DNA of 62,187 nucleotides from an uncultured bacterium (GTDB lineage: Bacteria > JAJVIF01 > JAPKYR01). Under the pieces are notes generated by a model, which was given only the letters and a program-made list of their open reading frames with translations, did no database searches and was not told where the DNA came from. Position 1 is the stretch's first letter. Every line of letters starts with the position of its first letter. The translations under genes and the position numbers were made by a program. The DNA lies in contig CBDURU010000005.1 of NCBI GenBank assembly GCA_965369865.1, positions 1-62,187 on the forward strand, in the 5' to 3' direction. Shown here piece after piece: positions 47,793 through 57,651 of the stretch.

Positions 47793-48539
47793 CTACGATT
47801 CTCCCGCCTGCTCGGATTTCCCCTTTATCTCTTTCACTATATCATCAAACGCTTTTTCGGGATCTTCCGCGGCATGAATCGGACGGCCGATCACCAGCAT
47901 CGAACTTCCCAGTTCTACAGCCTCGCCCGGTGACATTACCCTTCTCTGGTCGGAAGATGGCTCATCCGTCCCACCCGGACGAATTCCAGGTGTCACGATT
48001 AGAAAATCATCACCGCACGAGTTCCGTACGATTTTCACCTCACCACCACTGGCCACCACCCCATCACACCCGGAATCTCTGGCGATTTCAGCTAACCTTT
48101 TCACATGCCCCGCGACCGAGTACATTACTCCAAGGTCACGGATATCCGTCTGATCGAGGCTTGTCAAAAGTGTTACTCCCAGGAGCAGCGGCTTACGGTT
48201 GTCATCCGACTCATCCACCGATTTCCTGCATGCCTCGATCATCCGACGGCCGCCTCCGACATGCAGCGTGACCATGTCGAACCCGTATGGAATCAGGTTG
48301 CCAAGAGATGAAGCCACGGTGGTTGGAATATCATGGAGTTTGACATCGAGAAAAATTTTAAACCCGCGATCGTTTGCGTGATGGAGAATTCCCGGGCCTT
48401 CCGAGAGTATGCTCCTGAGCCCGATTTTGACCCATTTCGCCTTTCCTTTGAGTATGTCAAGCAGGGGAAGATTCTCTGAAAATGGCGACCTGTCAAGGGC
48501 TACGATGATTCGTTCCGATGCGGGGATTTTATCTGTCAT
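47793..48539 (-). CDS. pyrF: Orotidine-5'-phosphate decarboxylase
   Basis: IIVALD, FLDVKLHDIPTTV, VTLLTS, TPGIRP, DQRRV, VIGRPI. Confidence 0.97.
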   Translation of the reverse strand: MTDKIPASERIIVALDRSPFSENLPLLDILKGKAKWVKIGLRSILSEGPGILHHANDRGFKIFLDVKLHDIPTTVASSLGNLIPYGFDMVTLHVGGGRRMIEACRKSVDESDDNRKPLLLGVTLLTSLDQTDIRDLGVMYSVAGHVKRLAEIARDSGCDGVVASGGEVKIVRNSCGDDFLIVTPGIRPGGTDEPSSDQRRVMSPGEAVELGSSMLVIGRPIHAAEDPEKAFDDIVKEIKGKSEQAGES

Positions 48540-48556
48540 TTTCTTTTAACCCGATA

Positions 48557-49312
48557 TTAATCACCAGGCATCAGGGGTATCAAATATTCATCCGTTTTTA
48601 GCATTTCTTCGACATATGCCAGGCTTGCCCTTATAAAACCTTCCGAGAGCGGCGTCCCCTTTGGCTCCCTCGACCAGTCAAGTAACTCATCCTTATGATC
48701 ATCCCACCACTCATGGGCCTCGTCCACCTCTCCGGTACACAGTGGGACCATTATCGCGTTCCATTCACGCGCATTATTAACCGCATTGAGGATCCTTGGG
48801 ATATTAAGGACCATGCCCGGCCGAAGTTTCTCATCGAGTTCCTTCATTCTCGACAGGATATTTGATGGCATCTCCCAGCCGAGATCTATTCTCCACTGCG
48901 TTTTGAGATGTCCAAACAACGCCGGGTAAATTGCCCCGTATGGAACCCAGTGTTCATCAGACGATTCCGGGGTCTTCGAGAGATACCATTCCGTCCAGTC
49001 GGTCTCATGAACGATACCCTTATATTCCCATAACCCCCATGCGAATGTGTAGTATGTCTTCAGCTCTCCGGTTTGAGGATTGAATTCCTGTCCCTGGGTA
49101 CCGGGACCGAAACCGAGAAGAACAATCCAGAACGTGAGCCAGAACACCAGCTTTTCGAACCGAATCTCTTTTCGTTTCGAGATAACCCCGAGGTATTCGA
49201 CTGGGATCTTTTCCAGCTCTTCCTTCTCGTTCTTATCGTCGTAATACGGACGTTCGACGAACGCCTCTCCCGGTTCATTAACATTTTTTTCATTATCCTG
49301 ATTCTTACCCAT
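48557..49312 (-). CDS. Hypothetical single-pass membrane protein
   Basis: 251 aa, one TM segment, co-oriented upstream of pyrF. Confidence 0.65.
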   Translation of the reverse strand: MGKNQDNEKNVNEPGEAFVERPYYDDKNEKEELEKIPVEYLGVISKRKEIRFEKLVFWLTFWIVLLGFGPGTQGQEFNPQTGELKTYYTFAWGLWEYKGIVHETDWTEWYLSKTPESSDEHWVPYGAIYPALFGHLKTQWRIDLGWEMPSNILSRMKELDEKLRPGMVLNIPRILNAVNNAREWNAIMVPLCTGEVDEAHEWWDDHKDELLDWSREPKGTPLSEGFIRASLAYVEEMLKTDEYLIPLMPGD

Positions 49313-49516
49313 GGCATTATATTGTACTTCTTACAGAAATTGTTTCAACAGGTTCATCCAAGTTTTTTATCAAATTTCCCCATGATAAGTTATTCACGGA
49401 TATTCATTTTCGGATTTCAGGCGACCCCTCTTATGCAAACGTTGCTGTCACACTCGTCTGCAATGCATTATAATAACCTCAGGCATTACGCTTACACTAT
49501 AAAGGATTCAAATCAT

Positions 49517-50608
49517 ATGCCCAGACCAAAAGTAGCAGTAATCAGAACCACTCCCGAAACCGTTATCGATGACTACATCACCGCGATGAAACTCGCCGAT
49601 ATCGATAAATTCATCGACATCAATAAAACCACCATCCTCAAGGACAACATCTCCTGGCATTTCCCCTTCCCAGGCGCGAACACAACACCATGGCAGATGG
49701 AAGGCACCATCCTCGGACTCCAGGCTGTCGGAAACAAAGACATCGTCTGCGTCCAGAATGAAACCGTCGTTACCCGCGCCCAGAAAGGTGAGAAGCTCAA
49801 CAAGTACGACGTCGTTTTCAAAAAATACGACATCCCGGTCCTTTACAACTTCCACGATGAAGACATGAAATGGATCAGGTATGAGCCCAAGGCCAAGATG
49901 AAAGTCCTCCCTTATATCTTCCCGAAAGGCATCATGATCCCCGACTATTTCTTCGGGAAAAATATCATCCACCAGCCCACGATGAAGTGCCACATCTACA
50001 CCACCACCACCGGCGCGATGAAAAACGCGTTCGGCGGGCTTCTCAACCGCTCGCGCCACATGACCCACTCCGTCATCCACGAAACCCTTGTCGATCTCCT
50101 CAACATCCAGTACGAGATCCATTCCGGCGTTTTTGCGGTCATGGACGGCACCACCGCCGGAAACGGACCCGGTCCGCGCACCATGATCCCCGTCGAGAAG
50201 GACATCATCCTCGCGTCGGGCGACCAGGTGGCGATCGACGCTGTCTCCGCCTCGATGATGGGGTTCGAGCCGATGGACGACCTGCAATACGTCCGTCTCG
50301 GCCACGAAGCCGGGCTTGGGGTCGGCCGCCTGGACGAGATCGAGATCGTCGGCGATTCCGAGCTTGCGAAGGAAAAATGGGGATTCCATGTCGGCGCGAA
50401 TTTCGCGGCGAAGTACGGCGGTCACCCGCTATGGTTCGGCCCGATGAAGCACATGCAGAAATTCTTCTTCCAGACCCCGATGGTGTACCTCTTCATCTTC
50501 GCCTCATTTGTATACCACGACCTCATCCACTGGCCCACAAAAGGCACCCAGATATACAAGAAATGGCTCGAAGAAAGCAAATGGGGCAGGCTGTTTAAGG
50601 AGTATTAG
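49517..50608 (+). CDS. DUF362 family protein
   Basis: LKDNISW, PTMKCH..TTTTGAMKNAFG, VMDGT..GNGPGP, ASGDQVAIDAV. Start moved to MPRPK at 49517. Confidence 0.85.
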   Translation: MPRPKVAVIRTTPETVIDDYITAMKLADIDKFIDINKTTILKDNISWHFPFPGANTTPWQMEGTILGLQAVGNKDIVCVQNETVVTRAQKGEKLNKYDVVFKKYDIPVLYNFHDEDMKWIRYEPKAKMKVLPYIFPKGIMIPDYFFGKNIIHQPTMKCHIYTTTTGAMKNAFGGLLNRSRHMTHSVIHETLVDLLNIQYEIHSGVFAVMDGTTAGNGPGPRTMIPVEKDIILASGDQVAIDAVSASMMGFEPMDDLQYVRLGHEAGLGVGRLDEIEIVGDSELAKEKWGFHVGANFAAKYGGHPLWFGPMKHMQKFFFQTPMVYLFIFASFVYHDLIHWPTKGTQIYKKWLEESKWGRLFKEY

Positions 50609-50649
50609 GGGGGGGATAGAGGACCTATTACCGTTGTAAGGAACTATTT

Positions 50650-53367
50650 CTATTGCTCCTTAATTTTGTTGAAAATATTTTCAATGAACATACTAGTAAT
50701 AATGTTTGATTCAGCTAGTTTAGTTAAGAATTCCCTCAAGTCTAGATCGATCGTAAGTGCGGCACTTTCCCGAATTATATAGCCATACACTTCTGGCCTT
50801 TGAAGAATGTCATTAAATAATTTTCGTCCCACAGGATAGTCCAAAGCACCTGAATTACGTCGATATTTGGGGTTCACTATTAGTTCGGAAAGTATGCATG
50901 CTGCAGTATTTTTGTAAAATACTGATACATCTCCTCGATAATCTTCAATAATTTTAAAAAATTGACCTTCTAAAGAAATTTTCTTAAGTGAATCAAATGC
51001 TAAAGGGGCGTCCTTTAAATACAGTAATGTTAGTAACGAATTATAAATTAGGTGTATGTTCCCTAACTGACTTCCAAATAAATTCTGACTCAATTTATCT
51101 ATAAGTTTCTCCAAAGGGAAATTGTGTGAATTTCTCACATGAAGGAGGGTTTTAATAGCTGATGAATGGACTTGACCATATGACGAGTTAGCTTGGTTAG
51201 CAAGATATCTAATTACTTCACCGTGATCAACTGACGGGAGGAAATATTTTAAGATGTCATCATGGCCAGCATATCTATGAAGGTATGACAGTACCGCAAC
51301 ATATACGTGTGCAGGCCCATGAACCGTAAAGTTATGTATAAATGAGCCATGTTTACGTAGATAAGTCAAACAAACCTTCATGCCTTCTGCCCAACTTTGA
51401 ATCTCAAATAAATTTGGCTCTATCTCTTTTTCATTTGTTACTGGAGAAGTATTTGACAAGGATTTTACGATGGCATCAGCGAAATCAGGATTTTGACGTC
51501 TAGTCAGAATATATATTAGGCCAACTCCAACGTTTGGCCCCATTGGAGCCCAATCTTCAACCAACTCGGCACTATTGGCCAGGATATTCCATGCCTCATT
51601 GGAATGTCTTCCTGATGAACCTGTCGAACCCCCAAGAGCAAAAGCTGCTAAGGCGATTTCTTTTCCGGATAATTCATTGATTGGGGAGTAAAAGTCCCTA
51701 AGCACACTCACAACCGTATCTGCATCAAATGCATCTTGATAGCCTTGACTTTCACCAATTTGGAGAGCTTGCATTACTAAAGCTCTGTCTACTCTTTTCG
51801 TAGCTTTTTCTTTTGGCACATTGAAATGTATTGCTGCTAATGAAATCCTAACCGACCTCGCAGATTCTTTCACCATTAGCAATTCATAGCTGATTGGACC
51901 AAGAATTTTACTGTCATCAGGATTGGATAAGAGCCCCAAAATATCCTCGCCATTTCGCTTGAGTGCGACATAAAGAGCTTGGCATCGTATAGGTATATAC
52001 TCTTTATCAATTGACTCATTTGGATCATAGCCCCATTGGCTATACACAGCAACAAGATCGTTGATAAACGTGATAACATCTCTTGGAGTAACTAAATGGT
52101 CCTTTGATAGGTATCGAAGGCGGAAAATAGTGATAAGTGGTTCGAATAATTCTTCTTTAACGAGCTCGACAGGGAATGCAACCCTAAGTTTTGCTCTCAT
52201 GTAATCGCGCCAATTATCAAGGATAGGCGTGGCGACATTATAGGTAACTTGAAAAGTCTTTTTTGTAAATGCACATGCAATAGTTTCATTAGCTTTGTTC
52301 TGGTTCTCTTCCTTCCACATCCTATCGATAGCATCATAGTCAAATGGAACTACTAACCATAGCCTTTTAAGCCAGCAGTTACGTTTTTCCCGGTCCTCTC
52401 GAACACAAGTTTCCTCATCACAACTATATCGATCATCGCACAATTTCATCTTCTTTCTGATTTCGTAGAAACTCCGCATAGTTGCCCAAATATCCATAGA
52501 CTCTTCTTTATCAATGCGGTCAAGGTTGTCTATTACAAGAACGAGTTTTTTGGAGTATTTACTTTCAAGGATTAGTTTGAGTGCTTTAAAATATGTATCC
52601 TCAAATTCAATGCTTGATGGGATAGGAGTGGATACTGATGTAGAATCTGTAACAGATTCACTGACAGTTGCAAAATGAGATTTTGGACTAGTGTATTTAA
52701 AATCTAAAATATTTTTTTGGAACCAGAGTATTACATTATGAAAAACCCAAAAAATCGCAATTATGATTATTCCTGCGATTACAGGAAAAAATATCCCAAC
52801 ATATAATGAGGTATTTCCAAATTTATCCCAGGCATCTAAACCATAGTTTTGAACTAATGCTAGATATAATGCACTTATCAATACAAAAAATCCCATACCA
52901 GCACCAAACATAGTGATATTCGGACTAGACCTGCTCTGTATTACCTGTTTTCCAAGATTTTTTCTTTCATTCTGCCACCACTTTTGGATATTTTTCTCTT
53001 TTAGGGTCCTTTTCTTAATAGGTTTTTTATTGGATGGTTCGTTATAAAGTATGACCTTCTCAATCAACTGTGCTAGAAATGCCCTTCTCAGGTTGTCTCC
53101 TTTATGTGCCCAGGCATCGAATTCGAAAATCTCTATCTTGTCTTTTTCAACTTCCTTTTCAAGCATCTTCACTACCGAAGACTTCCCACTCCCCCATCCA
53201 CCATTCAGGGCAATCGCCTTGCCTTCATCATCATCGCGGATTAAGTCTGCTATTGCCTTTGCTACACGCTTATGCGGACCAGGATCACCATCGCTCGCGA
53301 AAGCGTCATCCCATACAGGATCATCCGACAGTAACCTGGTTTTGTATTTCTTATTCTTATCTACCAT
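50650..53367 (-). CDS. KAP-family P-loop NTPase with two TM helices, AT-rich
   Basis: Walker A GGWGSGKS, FDAWAH, two TM segments inserted in the NTPase, Walker B LVLVIDNLDR, TPRDVITFIN. Confidence 0.9.
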   Translation of the reverse strand: MVDKNKKYKTRLLSDDPVWDDAFASDGDPGPHKRVAKAIADLIRDDDEGKAIALNGGWGSGKSSVVKMLEKEVEKDKIEIFEFDAWAHKGDNLRRAFLAQLIEKVILYNEPSNKKPIKKRTLKEKNIQKWWQNERKNLGKQVIQSRSSPNITMFGAGMGFFVLISALYLALVQNYGLDAWDKFGNTSLYVGIFFPVIAGIIIIAIFWVFHNVILWFQKNILDFKYTSPKSHFATVSESVTDSTSVSTPIPSSIEFEDTYFKALKLILESKYSKKLVLVIDNLDRIDKEESMDIWATMRSFYEIRKKMKLCDDRYSCDEETCVREDREKRNCWLKRLWLVVPFDYDAIDRMWKEENQNKANETIACAFTKKTFQVTYNVATPILDNWRDYMRAKLRVAFPVELVKEELFEPLITIFRLRYLSKDHLVTPRDVITFINDLVAVYSQWGYDPNESIDKEYIPIRCQALYVALKRNGEDILGLLSNPDDSKILGPISYELLMVKESARSVRISLAAIHFNVPKEKATKRVDRALVMQALQIGESQGYQDAFDADTVVSVLRDFYSPINELSGKEIALAAFALGGSTGSSGRHSNEAWNILANSAELVEDWAPMGPNVGVGLIYILTRRQNPDFADAIVKSLSNTSPVTNEKEIEPNLFEIQSWAEGMKVCLTYLRKHGSFIHNFTVHGPAHVYVAVLSYLHRYAGHDDILKYFLPSVDHGEVIRYLANQANSSYGQVHSSAIKTLLHVRNSHNFPLEKLIDKLSQNLFGSQLGNIHLIYNSLLTLLYLKDAPLAFDSLKKISLEGQFFKIIEDYRGDVSVFYKNTAACILSELIVNPKYRRNSGALDYPVGRKLFNDILQRPEVYGYIIRESAALTIDLDLREFLTKLAESNIITSMFIENIFNKIKEQ

Positions 53368-53506
53368 TCTCCTACCTCGTTATCCCCCTATATCCCCCAC
53401 TACCCGAATCCGAATGTTAGATTATGTTGCATATCCAAATTAATTACAAGTATTCATTCTCCCTGCTTTGCCAGATCACGCAGCTAAGTCGTCCCGACTC
53501 AAACCC

Positions 53507-53534
53507 GTAGCGCATGCGTCCCGCCTGCCTCCAT
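53507..53534 (+). repeat. Single GTAG REP-like palindrome
   Basis: GTAGCGCATGCGTCCCGCCTGCCTCCAT; partner at 10237-10264. Confidence 0.75.
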
Positions 53535-53569
53535 AAAATAAATTCTAAATCCAACCGCGAGATGCTTTT

Positions 53570-54580
53570 TCAACCTTTCCAATGATGAAACGTCAGATCA
53601 TTCGTCATGAAACTCGGTCCGAACCTCAGCGTCATTTTTAAAATCGCCTGGATGCCGAACGGTATCCGCGTCATCCCGTAGTCCGACCCGCGCATGACAG
53701 TGTCGTCGACCGCGAATGAGAGGAGTGTGTAATACGCGCCGAGCGCGGTACGGTCCCTCACAACCGCCGCCGGACCGTACGAGAACAGCCCCATCCCGGT
53801 CGCGTCCGAAAATTCCCTGTTGTTCTCATATTGTAAAAATCCCTTGATCTGCCCGCGGCGTTCGGCGATAAGGAGCCACTCCTGGTCGTGCGGATCGGTC
53901 GCGATCCTCCGTATCCAGAGCTGATAGAGTTCCTCCGCCTTCTCGTGCGGGATGTTCGGGTCCTGGTGGAAACGGTCGTGGGTGTAGGCGCCGGACATGA
54001 TTTTCAGGACATCGTCGAGGTCGTCGCCCGCGTAAAGTCGGATATCGTACGAGCCTTTCTCGTAGCGCGTGACGCTGTCCTTGTGGTAGACCGCGGTCAT
54101 GCCGTTGTCGATCAGGTAAAATCCCCGGGCTTCGAGCGCGTGGATCAGCGGGAGTTCGAGCGCGGCGGTACGGATGTTCGTGAAAACGATTTCCATTTCC
54201 GCGAACCAGTCCAGGATTGAACCGATAAGCGCGTCGGCGGTTTCGCGCGATTCCCGGTAGTTTTCAACCGAGCATGGACCCACCACGCAGAACGGGATTT
54301 TTCCGGATGGGATGCCGAGTACTGCGGTATCGAAATCCAGCGCCTGCGCTCCGGCGAAACCTTTTAATTCACCATTGTCGTTTCTAGCGAGAAACATCGC
54401 CGACTGGTTGGAATTGCTGTCCGGGTGCGAAAGGAATTTTGAAATGCGGTTCCAGAGTATTTTATTCAGGCCGTCTACTTTCGCGGCTGTTACGAAATGG
54501 AATGGTTTGAACTCATATTCAGCCGCGACAGCTTTGATTTCATCCGTGATTTCGCCTGTATGGATTTCGATTTTTGTCAT
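53570..54580 (-). CDS. WecD/RffC-like tandem GNAT-fold protein
   Basis: LDFDTAVLG, LEARGF, DRFHQDPNIP..KAEELYQLWI; adjacent to wbqC. Confidence 0.7.
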   Translation of the reverse strand: MTKIEIHTGEITDEIKAVAAEYEFKPFHFVTAAKVDGLNKILWNRISKFLSHPDSNSNQSAMFLARNDNGELKGFAGAQALDFDTAVLGIPSGKIPFCVVGPCSVENYRESRETADALIGSILDWFAEMEIVFTNIRTAALELPLIHALEARGFYLIDNGMTAVYHKDSVTRYEKGSYDIRLYAGDDLDDVLKIMSGAYTHDRFHQDPNIPHEKAEELYQLWIRRIATDPHDQEWLLIAERRGQIKGFLQYENNREFSDATGMGLFSYGPAAVVRDRTALGAYYTLLSFAVDDTVMRGSDYGMTRIPFGIQAILKMTLRFGPSFMTNDLTFHHWKG

Positions 54581-54620
54581 GATTATTGTCCTGTTGTTCC
54601 TTACGTAATGAATTGAAACT

Positions 54621-54799
54621 GACCCCCCCTATAATCCCCCCTGTGGGGGGATGGTTTCTTAACCTTCCCACCATGTTGGGTCACTCCAACACCTCCCCCC
54701 CATGATGGGAATTCCTAATACCTCCCCACCCCTGTAATCCCCCCCATGATGGGAATTCCTAACACCTCCCCCCCGTAGGGGGGGATTAAGGGGGGGGGC
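54621..54799. repeat. C/G-run palindromic element with internal duplication
   Basis: CCCCCCCTATAATCCCCCC at the left pairs with GGGGGGATTAAGGGGGGG at the right; CCCCCCATGATGGGAATTCCTAA.ACCTCCCC occurs twice. Confidence 0.75.
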
Positions 54800-54800
54800 A

Positions 54801-55502
54801 TTATGCTTTCACCCATTTTGTTCCCGATTGAATTATCCTTTTCGATTCCGGTAGCACAATCATCATCAGATCGAGCACGCTCATGTGCGACAGGAAATCG
54901 CCATGAAGCTGCGGGTATTTCGGATGGACATACTCCTGGAAATACACATCGATCCCCGCGTTTCTGAAAATTTCCAGGTCCAGATAATGCCGCGCCGCCG
55001 CACCCGAATAATATTCATTCGCTCCAAGCTTCCGGCAGATTTCCAGCAACCTTTCCGATTTTTGACCCGTTATGTTTAATTCGGACGCGAGTTTGATCTC
55101 AGTTTCAATCCCGATCTTCTCATTTATCCATTTAATCAACGCAAGATCGAGTTCCCACAGATATTCCCAGTCGCTGTCGATTAATTCGCTGAACCCGGGA
55201 AACAGCGTATTAAAATACGGGGCCTGTTTATAAAAACCCTCGACCGTACCGAGATGCTTTTTTCGCCACGGACGTTCGTTATCGATTTTTACATCCCTGA
55301 TAATCTGCTCGTATTTGCCTTTCTGAATGACCGGCACGGTCAGCCATACAGATCCATCCGGGGTTTTCACGCGATTCCGGTTTCTCCAGCCGCGACGGTC
55401 GTACTGCACATCGTCATAGAGCACAAAAAGATCGACCGAAAGTTCCTGGTCGAAAAAACCAAGCCATGGAAGATATCCGGGCTGTAAAATAGCGATTCGC
55501 AT
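54801..55502 (-). CDS. WbqC-family protein
   Basis: ILQPGYLPWLGFF, DDVQY....WRNRNR, WLTVPV, YPQLHGDF...MSVLDL. Confidence 0.94.
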   Translation of the reverse strand: MRIAILQPGYLPWLGFFDQELSVDLFVLYDDVQYDRRGWRNRNRVKTPDGSVWLTVPVIQKGKYEQIIRDVKIDNERPWRKKHLGTVEGFYKQAPYFNTLFPGFSELIDSDWEYLWELDLALIKWINEKIGIETEIKLASELNITGQKSERLLEICRKLGANEYYSGAAARHYLDLEIFRNAGIDVYFQEYVHPKYPQLHGDFLSHMSVLDLMMIVLPESKRIIQSGTKWVKA

Positions 55503-55649
55503 AATTTTGGGATAATGAATAACCCCGTACGGTTCGTATTATACCCCACCATCTACATGGAGGTTATTTTTTTATATCCCTTGGAACCATATTTCTAAAT
55601 CGTGTAGGATATCCAGAGAACCAGATCCGGTTTTGCGAGTCTCAAGTGT

Positions 55650-56516
55650 ATGGGGAAAATGTTGAATATTAAACCCAGATTACGGCAGGCCAGTAACAAC
55701 CCATCGCGGGCGGTATTCGGTTACGCGTACCGACGTATCTGGTCCGGATGGGCGATGTCGTTCTGGGAAATATTGTTCTGGAGCGCGCTCGGCCTCTATT
55801 TCGGGTTCAAGGTGTTTAATCTGGTTCCGTACATTGTCGATTACTGGCTGTATCTTGCCGCGGCAGTATTGATCCCGGGAATAATCCCGATGGTGATCGG
55901 CGGTGCGATTTATAAATGCCATGTGAATGTCGGCACCGCTGATGCGTCATTAAAAGCATTACCGCTAACACCGAACCAGGTGATCGGTCCGAGAATGCTT
56001 GCGTCCGCCTTGACATGGTTCCAGTACACGGTTCCATTAATTTTAATTTTTCTGATCACACAGTTTGAAATACTGGCATCACAACCTGTGCCTGACCCTT
56101 CTGTAAGCGTGGTTTTCCATGACCAACTGCTCGATAATGTAACTCGCGTCTTGTATTTAAACGCGTACACCGGAAAAGTTTTCAGCCTTGGCTTGCTGGC
56201 CGGTCATAGTAATCTGCCCCTTTTCATTCTCGGATTCACACAGCTTATAGGATGGGGCGCCGCACCGCTGACATGGGGATTCCTCTGGGCGAGTTATTTC
56301 CAGCGGCGTGGCGGACTGTTTCTTCTTGCCTATATCGCGTATTTCATATTTCCAGTCATTTTATTTATGATAATGGTTTCGGGGCAGCAAAACCTGTTTG
56401 GACAGTTCTTCACTGAATTCTGGGTTCAGGCTTATGTTCTCGGACTCGGCGGGGTGCTGATTTCGATTGTCCTGTTTTTCCTTGCGCTAAGAACCTGGGG
56501 GAGGCGTGCGGGATGA
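55650..56516 (+). CDS. Hypothetical multi-pass membrane protein (ABC-2 permease-like)
   Basis: About six TM segments, LKALPLTPNQV motif; ATGA overlap with the next gene. Confidence 0.6.
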   Translation: MGKMLNIKPRLRQASNNPSRAVFGYAYRRIWSGWAMSFWEILFWSALGLYFGFKVFNLVPYIVDYWLYLAAAVLIPGIIPMVIGGAIYKCHVNVGTADASLKALPLTPNQVIGPRMLASALTWFQYTVPLILIFLITQFEILASQPVPDPSVSVVFHDQLLDNVTRVLYLNAYTGKVFSLGLLAGHSNLPLFILGFTQLIGWGAAPLTWGFLWASYFQRRGGLFLLAYIAYFIFPVILFMIMVSGQQNLFGQFFTEFWVQAYVLGLGGVLISIVLFFLALRTWGRRAG

Positions 56517-57520
56517 CGAGATACAAGTACATAATTCCCGTTTTGTTTCTAGTAATCAGCCTGGTAACGTCGTGGTCTATTGTATCAGGCAGAAAGAGGG
56601 CTGTTGAGAGGATGTTGAACGACGCGGGTCGCGATCATCTGCCCGTGGTGGTTGTCGCGATTGAAGAAGAAAATGCTGTCCGGTACATGATTTCAGCACC
56701 CGACCATAATCCTGTAAATTTGATGACCGGCAGAATGAATCTGATAAACCCGCATATGTATATTACAGAGGATGGTACGGTCCGGATACTCAAAGGACAG
56801 AGTACGAGCATTGATTGGACTTCATTGCAAATCGACTTACCGGCAATTCATGTCACTGAAGGAGAAAAATTTTCAAATGAAATATATGCTGTTTATTCCG
56901 CTTTTCATCTCCTTGATAATTTATACGGAGTACATTCAGTCGCTACTATGAACCCGACTGGCTTCCAGATTGATGATTTCGAAACTGGCGAATCAGCGCA
57001 CCTGGAATTTGAATCCGATCCACCTGGTTACGCTGCATCTACAGATAGTAAAACCTTAATCCAGATATTGATCAGTGAAAATGGTTCGGTCCTCATCGGG
57101 ACTGCAAGTGGTTACGGGGAAAGGAATATTCTCTGGCGCTATGACATCGATGATGGGGAATGGACCACGGTAATAAAGAGGGAGGATTTTCGAAAAATCG
57201 GTGTCAGTCCGGATGGAAGTGTGATTGGGATAACCTTTGACCGTCATGGGCCAAAGGAGACAATCTTCATCGATGGTTTCAACGGTGAAACTCTCCATAC
57301 TGTCTACGGAATCGATAATTTCATAATCGGAACCAGGTGGATCGCCTGTAGGGAAGGCAGTCCCGGCCATCACTCTGGAATTATCCTCATCGACATGGGT
57401 AACCACTGGTACGAAAGGCGCATCACATTCCCCACCGTGGATTTTCAAAACTTCGTAATGTACGAACCTCCCGAGGGCGGGGTAGGGGAAATGCTCAGAA
57501 TGAGGGAAGATGCCCTGTAA
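56513..57520 (+). CDS. Hypothetical membrane-anchored beta-rich (propeller-like) protein
   Basis: N-terminal TM; ISENGS and VSPDGS blade-like motifs. Confidence 0.6.
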   Translation: MTRYKYIIPVLFLVISLVTSWSIVSGRKRAVERMLNDAGRDHLPVVVVAIEEENAVRYMISAPDHNPVNLMTGRMNLINPHMYITEDGTVRILKGQSTSIDWTSLQIDLPAIHVTEGEKFSNEIYAVYSAFHLLDNLYGVHSVATMNPTGFQIDDFETGESAHLEFESDPPGYAASTDSKTLIQILISENGSVLIGTASGYGERNILWRYDIDDGEWTTVIKREDFRKIGVSPDGSVIGITFDRHGPKETIFIDGFNGETLHTVYGIDNFIIGTRWIACREGSPGHHSGIILIDMGNHWYERRITFPTVDFQNFVMYEPPEGGVGEMLRMREDAL

Positions 57521-57557
57521 CCTGGCTATTCTGCCCTGTAACTTGGCCATTCTGCCC
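57511..57557 (+). repeat. 21-bp tandem duplication at the gene end
   Basis: TGCCCTGTAACCTGGCTATTC / TGCCCTGTAACTTGGCCATTC / TGCCC. Confidence 0.8.
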
Positions 57558-57651
57558 GTTTCAGGCACAATTCATATGCCGCCTTGTAAGATTCATATTC
57601 ATCTGATAAAATTTGCTCCTAATAAACTATCAGGTCTCTGAAGGGGACGTG

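Noticed and set aside
49073-49516. N-terminal 148 aa of the 511-aa ORF
   Set aside because: It overlaps the opposite-strand gene and intergenic DNA; DUF362 similarity and the codon bias begin at 49517.
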